IMG/VR virus record: IMGVR_UViG_3300031879_000014
Location: 1-29,327 of that record
Direction: 5' to 3' (one strand)
DNA: 29,327 nt
From: a virus
Lineage: Duplodnaviria > Caudoviricetes
Made by a program: the position numbers and the translations under genes. Below the pieces are notes generated by a model, which did no database searches, had not been told where the DNA came from, and saw only the letters and a list, made by a program, of their open reading frames with translations. How positions within the stretch are numbered: the first letter of the stretch is position 1; every line of letters begins with the position of its first letter. Of this stretch, positions 25,648 through 29,327 are shown piece after piece.

Positions 25648-27285
25648 CTAGTGGACCCAACTTCCGGTTCGACGCCCCGTCTGAGCGTGCTTGATTCCCA
25701 TCGGCTCCGTCCGGTCAAGCTTGCGTCCAAGATCGCGCAAGAACTTGGCGTGCGACACGCGCGCACCACCCCCGACTTGTGTTGCGGCGCTGTGATACTT
25801 GCCAGCCAGGAACCGGCCCAACGCTTCCGGCGTGTGATCGTCTTTCTTCATGGGCAGTTCGTATCGCTTCAAACTCGTTTCAGCCATCTCCGATTTCTTT
25901 TCGGGATAGCGATACTCACCGAATTCATAGATCGTGTGTGGGCAACGAATCGAAATCATCAGCCTTGGGCGTCGAATGTCTTTCGGCCTTGGCTCGTCGC
26001 TCTCTTCCCGCCACTGCGGAGCGGACGCTTCGTTGTCGGTGATTCGGTCTTTGAGCGCAAGTCGGATGAGATTGAGTCGATTCTGTAATTCGCCGCCGGT
26101 GTTGGGCCTAGCTCTAATGCGCTTCCCGGCTTTACGAAATATATTTTCCAACGTCTTTGTATCCCCAGGAGATGCTGGGTCGGGATAGAACTCTGAACAA
26201 CTATCGGGTACCAATCCTCGTCTGAGTATTTCTTGTGCGAATTCATCTGGTGCCAAGTTTTCCTGATAAAGCTCTTCAATAACATTGATCTCGCCCCAAG
26301 GCCCGATTTGGATAAGTAGCCAGACGTTAGGATTGCGATAGCCATAGTCAACAGCAGCGACCGTTTCCCAACTTGGATAGAACGGAAGTTGTCTTGTGTG
26401 CGTTTCCTCATCGAATTCCTTAAACACCTTGCCAACGAAGTCGGTGAATTCTGCTGCGACTTCCTGTTGAAACGTAGGGATTGTCAGGTCATTTGCCATC
26501 TGCGCTATTTGCGAATCGATGACAAGGGACTCCATCTTGATTATCTCAAAGCTAGTGAATTCAGGATGCTCTGACATCAGTTGAATCAGCCGGTGAACGT
26601 CTTCGTCGCGTGTCGGCTCTTTGAACACATACGGATTACGCCACGACGGCAACTTGTGTCCTGACCAGTTGAGATTGCTTGGCCTTTTGGACTTGACATA
26701 AAGCTGATGAAACCAGTTCTTACCTTCTGGCGTGGAAGTGAACTTGGCCCATCCGTTGAAGTCGGCAAGTGTGGGCATCAGCATTTGAGTCCAAACGATC
26801 TCTTTCAGCTTTGCTGCCTCTTCGACGTGTACGCCGCTTAATCCTTCACCGACTAATCGCTCCGGTACCGCTGCCGACTTCGCCGAATATATGAACGCGC
26901 CTTCCCAAAGCGACACAACCATATCGCCGCCTTCAAGCGAATAATACGAACCAGGCTTATCCATTGGGATTTCAAGCCTGCGACATATGTCCCAAAATAC
27001 GCGAAACGGCTTTTCACTATCTGAATAGTTCGGGCCAACCGACCAGAACTCACGACGCTTTCCCTCTTCTTTAAGCCATGTTGCCATTTGTCTTGTAAGT
27101 GCGGCTTCAGGTAATAGTTCGTGACCAATCGCTCTAGATTTTCCAAGTCGGCGTCCCGCGTCGATAACCAGAAAACGCGCAGGGTCTTCCATGAATTCCA
27201 ATTGACCCGCGTGAGGATCGAATACCTTACGAGTGATTCCCGTCTTGTCCTCATACTCTTTGTCCAGTATCGCCCACTTGTTCAT
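25648..27285 (-). CDS. terL: Terminase large subunit, 545 aa
   Basis: Q motif PHAGQ, Walker A AGRRLGKS, Walker B VHVEEAA, coupling motif TSTP, nuclease AAVDYGYRNP and DDH motifs. Confidence 0.95.
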   Translation of the reverse strand: MNKWAILDKEYEDKTGITRKVFDPHAGQLEFMEDPARFLVIDAGRRLGKSRAIGHELLPEAALTRQMATWLKEEGKRREFWSVGPNYSDSEKPFRVFWDICRRLEIPMDKPGSYYSLEGGDMVVSLWEGAFIYSAKSAAVPERLVGEGLSGVHVEEAAKLKEIVWTQMLMPTLADFNGWAKFTSTPEGKNWFHQLYVKSKRPSNLNWSGHKLPSWRNPYVFKEPTRDEDVHRLIQLMSEHPEFTSFEIIKMESLVIDSQIAQMANDLTIPTFQQEVAAEFTDFVGKVFKEFDEETHTRQLPFYPSWETVAAVDYGYRNPNVWLLIQIGPWGEINVIEELYQENLAPDEFAQEILRRGLVPDSCSEFYPDPASPGDTKTLENIFRKAGKRIRARPNTGGELQNRLNLIRLALKDRITDNEASAPQWREESDEPRPKDIRRPRLMISIRCPHTIYEFGEYRYPEKKSEMAETSLKRYELPMKKDDHTPEALGRFLAGKYHSAATQVGGGARVSHAKFLRDLGRKLDRTEPMGIKHAQTGRRTGSWVH

Positions 27286-27315
27286 CGTGTCGTGACCCTC
27301 TCAGCCGTCGTGATC

Positions 27316-27325
27316 ATGCTATCAT
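27316..27325. promoter_or_regulatory. Overlapping divergent extended -10 elements (bidirectional promoter)
   Basis: Plus strand: TGC-TATCAT (27317-27325), 6 nt before GTG 27332. Minus strand: TGA-TAGCAT (27324-27316) facing terL. Confidence 0.55.
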
Positions 27326-27331
27326 CCAGGC

Positions 27332-27691
27332 GTGACCACGTTAGCCGACATGTTCGGGGAGCCTCAATGGGCTAAAGACCTTGACGCAAAACTGGACACA
27401 ATAGTGCTCGGTATTCAAGCCATTCAACGGCGTGAAGCATCTGAGCAACATCAGTTATCAGTCCTTAACGAAAAGGGAGATTTAATCATGGCCGCAGTAC
27501 AAATCGAACAGTCGGACCTTGACAACGTTGCCGCTGCGGTCGAATCCGTGGCACAAGCCCTCGGCAATCTTTCGGCCCCGCTAGCGACAGCGGATGAAAC
27601 GGCTTTGAATCAAGCTGTTTCTGATCTGCAAACCGCTCTGGCAACTGCTCAAGGAAACGTGACGCCTCCGCCTGTGCCACCGACCGGCTAA
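27332..27691 (+). CDS. Coiled-coil protein of unknown function, 119 aa (possible nested 67-aa form from ATG 27488)
   Basis: Occupies otherwise non-coding space; heptad pattern; leaderless-type GTG plus internal AAGGGAG SD; followed by a terminator. Confidence 0.75.
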   Translation: MTTLADMFGEPQWAKDLDAKLDTIVLGIQAIQRREASEQHQLSVLNEKGDLIMAAVQIEQSDLDNVAAAVESVAQALGNLSAPLATADETALNQAVSDLQTALATAQGNVTPPPVPPTG

Positions 27692-27699
27692 CCGTTTCG

Positions 27700-27746
27700 A
27701 AACGAAAAGACCCGCTGTGAGACGTGGAACACAGCGGGTCTTCTCT
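27700..27746. terminator. Bidirectional intrinsic terminator
   Basis: 13-bp stem AAGACCCGCTGTG (27707-27719) / CACAGCGGGTCTT (27730-27742), T-rich on both sides, between convergent genes. Confidence 0.8.
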
Positions 27747-27833
27747 ATCCGAATAGGCGAATGCGATTTGGGCAACCCCGGACAAAAGTCGCTGATCGCG
27801 CCACATCGGAAGTCATCTGCTTTGAATTAGATT

Positions 27834-28124
27834 CTAGACGGTTTCGCTCAGACCTGTTGCCGGATTGAAATCGCCTCCCGTGACCTGCGTTGCGCCAGGC
27901 ACAACCGTTCCGAATACCGTGTCTGCGCCACTTGGACGAGGCTTGCTTGGCATTTGAACTGCCTCAGTACGCGGTCTTTGATCCGCAGCAGCAGCCATCG
28001 CTGCAACGTGATCGCCATAATCTGTGATAATGGGGATCGGTCTTGTCGAAACATTGCGCCCATCGTACATCTTATGCATATTTGGCGTAACCGTTCCCGG
28101 TTGCACTCCACGAGTTAAAGCCAT
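27834..28124 (-). CDS. Hypothetical protein, 96 aa
   Basis: ATG 28124 preceded by AGGAG, just after the upstream stop (ORF track start 28166 overlaps it). Confidence 0.7.
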   Translation of the reverse strand: MALTRGVQPGTVTPNMHKMYDGRNVSTRPIPIITDYGDHVAAMAAAADQRPRTEAVQMPSKPRPSGADTVFGTVVPGATQVTGGDFNPATGLSETV

Positions 28125-28137
28125 GATTGCACTACTC

Positions 28138-29061
28138 CTATCCTGCTGTTTTTCTAATATTAGCAAGCTTTGCTTCAGTTATTTCTTCTGGTTCTGTCAA
28201 ATACGCTGTGAATGTGCCGTCTTTTCTTTTAACGATCCTGACAAACCAGGGAGCGTTGTCAACACAGTCCACTCCTGCTGCACGCGCGGCGAATCGTCGT
28301 GACTTCGCTTTCCTGATACGATCTTTGGTGTCTTTAATGGATTGCTTACGATCTTCGATATCTTCTGTTGTTTGGCCATCTTCGTTTGCCTCGCCTGTCT
28401 TACTCGTGGTTCCATTTTCGATACTAACCACTTCAACGTCAATAATAGAAGCAGATCGAAAAGCTTCCCTTGTACTCGTTTCGATAGAAGATTCAAAAAT
28501 CGCTTCATAAGGTTTGTCCGCATTTCCAAGCATCAAGACTTCGGGAGTCTTACCGATCACACGTTCTGCAATCCATGTCGCTGCTTTGATTCTGTCGCCC
28601 GGTTCAACAAAATCAGAGTCAGCAAGTTGAAACATGATCTCAACTGCTCGTGGAGCTTTCCTCCGCAAGTAGTCATTGATCCTTCGACCAAGTTCTCTAC
28701 TGAACTTGCTTCGAAATTTTTCAGCCAACGTGTTTACACTGACTTTTGTTCCATCATCGTTCAAAACGTAAGAACCAAAAACTTCTTCATCGCTTAACTC
28801 AGCGACTTCGAAGTATCCGTGAACAAACTTATGAGCGCGATCGAGATTCCTTTCACTGACAATCCTTCGCTCAGCGTATCGTTCACGTCCTTTTTTATTC
28901 CAACATTCCTTACAAATGTGATAAAGCCTATCACGATTCGTTGGATGAGCATGGAATTCACTTCGGTTTTTAACTACCTGACATTCCTTACACAGCTTTC
29001 CATCGGAATCATCAAACTCAACGATTCCATCATCCGCAACTATGTTTTGAGTTACTGTCAT
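28138..29061 (-). CDS. Putative terminase small subunit with N-terminal C4 Zn ribbon, 307 aa
   Basis: CKEC...CKEC motif; helical AVEIMFQLA...DRIKAATWIAERVIGK segment resembles TerS oligomerisation helices; upstream of terL. Confidence 0.5.
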   Translation of the reverse strand: MTVTQNIVADDGIVEFDDSDGKLCKECQVVKNRSEFHAHPTNRDRLYHICKECWNKKGRERYAERRIVSERNLDRAHKFVHGYFEVAELSDEEVFGSYVLNDDGTKVSVNTLAEKFRSKFSRELGRRINDYLRRKAPRAVEIMFQLADSDFVEPGDRIKAATWIAERVIGKTPEVLMLGNADKPYEAIFESSIETSTREAFRSASIIDVEVVSIENGTTSKTGEANEDGQTTEDIEDRKQSIKDTKDRIRKAKSRRFAARAAGVDCVDNAPWFVRIVKRKDGTFTAYLTEPEEITEAKLANIRKTAG

Positions 29062-29068
29062 TCCGTTT

Positions 29069-29299
29069 TCATTCCTGCCGGTTCACACCATACCGATAGA
29101 ACGGTCTTGGTATCGCTCCGCGTGGCCGATTCACAGGTTCTTGAACGAGAGCAGGAGCAGGACCAAAAGCATCAGGGTTTCCCAAAGCAAAGAACATGTC
29201 TGGATACAAATTTTCTTGGGGATTGGTTGCATCCAACCGAAGCGAAGCTCTGTACTCGTTGAGCATGTCGTGTGAGTCTTCACCAACGGCCCACGGCAA
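29069..29299 (-). CDS. Hypothetical protein, 76 aa
   Basis: Co-oriented, ends 7 nt before the next gene; start uncertain. Confidence 0.5.
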   Translation of the reverse strand: MPWAVGEDSHDMLNEYRASLRLDATNPQENLYPDMFFALGNPDAFGPAPALVQEPVNRPRGAIPRPFYRYGVNRQE

Positions 29300-29327
29300 A
29301 ACTCGTTGCGATTGAAAGTCCGAACGA

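Noticed and set aside
1-29327. CRISPR arrays, tRNAs, integrase, IS elements, introns/inteins, lysis genes
   Set aside because: None recognised by eye. Terminase and capsid are of ordinary length with no intein motifs; a tRNAscan/Rfam run would be needed to exclude small RNAs.

Overview
Virion-morphogenesis arm of a long-tailed dsDNA phage (siphovirus morphotype), almost entirely on the minus strand. An Actinomycetota (Mycobacteriales-type) host is inferred from the Rpf-like tape-measure domain, LDASKIT tail repeats and a leaderless TANNNT promoter. Read right to left: putative small terminase with a Zn ribbon, one oppositely oriented coiled-coil gene, large terminase, portal, a 3.9-kb array of nine extremely Arg/Lys-rich genes, a JAB/MPN+ (JAMM) metalloprotease, MuF-like head protein, scaffold, decoration protein, major capsid, head-tail connectors, major tail protein, tail chaperones, tape measure, distal tail and two minor tail proteins (the last truncated by the window). 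Most striking candidate system: five of the basic proteins share an N-terminal TPARRAALR(K/R)AQLASA leader under visible purifying selection, fused to unrelated cargo. They sit next to a JAMM protease that takes the place of the missing prohead protease, and both scaffold and capsid protein carry an identical N-terminal PIFGGT di-glycine motif. Other unusual signals are an ATT start for the tape measure, a +1 (TTT CGC) chaperone frameshift and a bidirectional -10 promoter upstream of terminase. All functional calls come from motif recognition and synteny by eye; no database searches were run.
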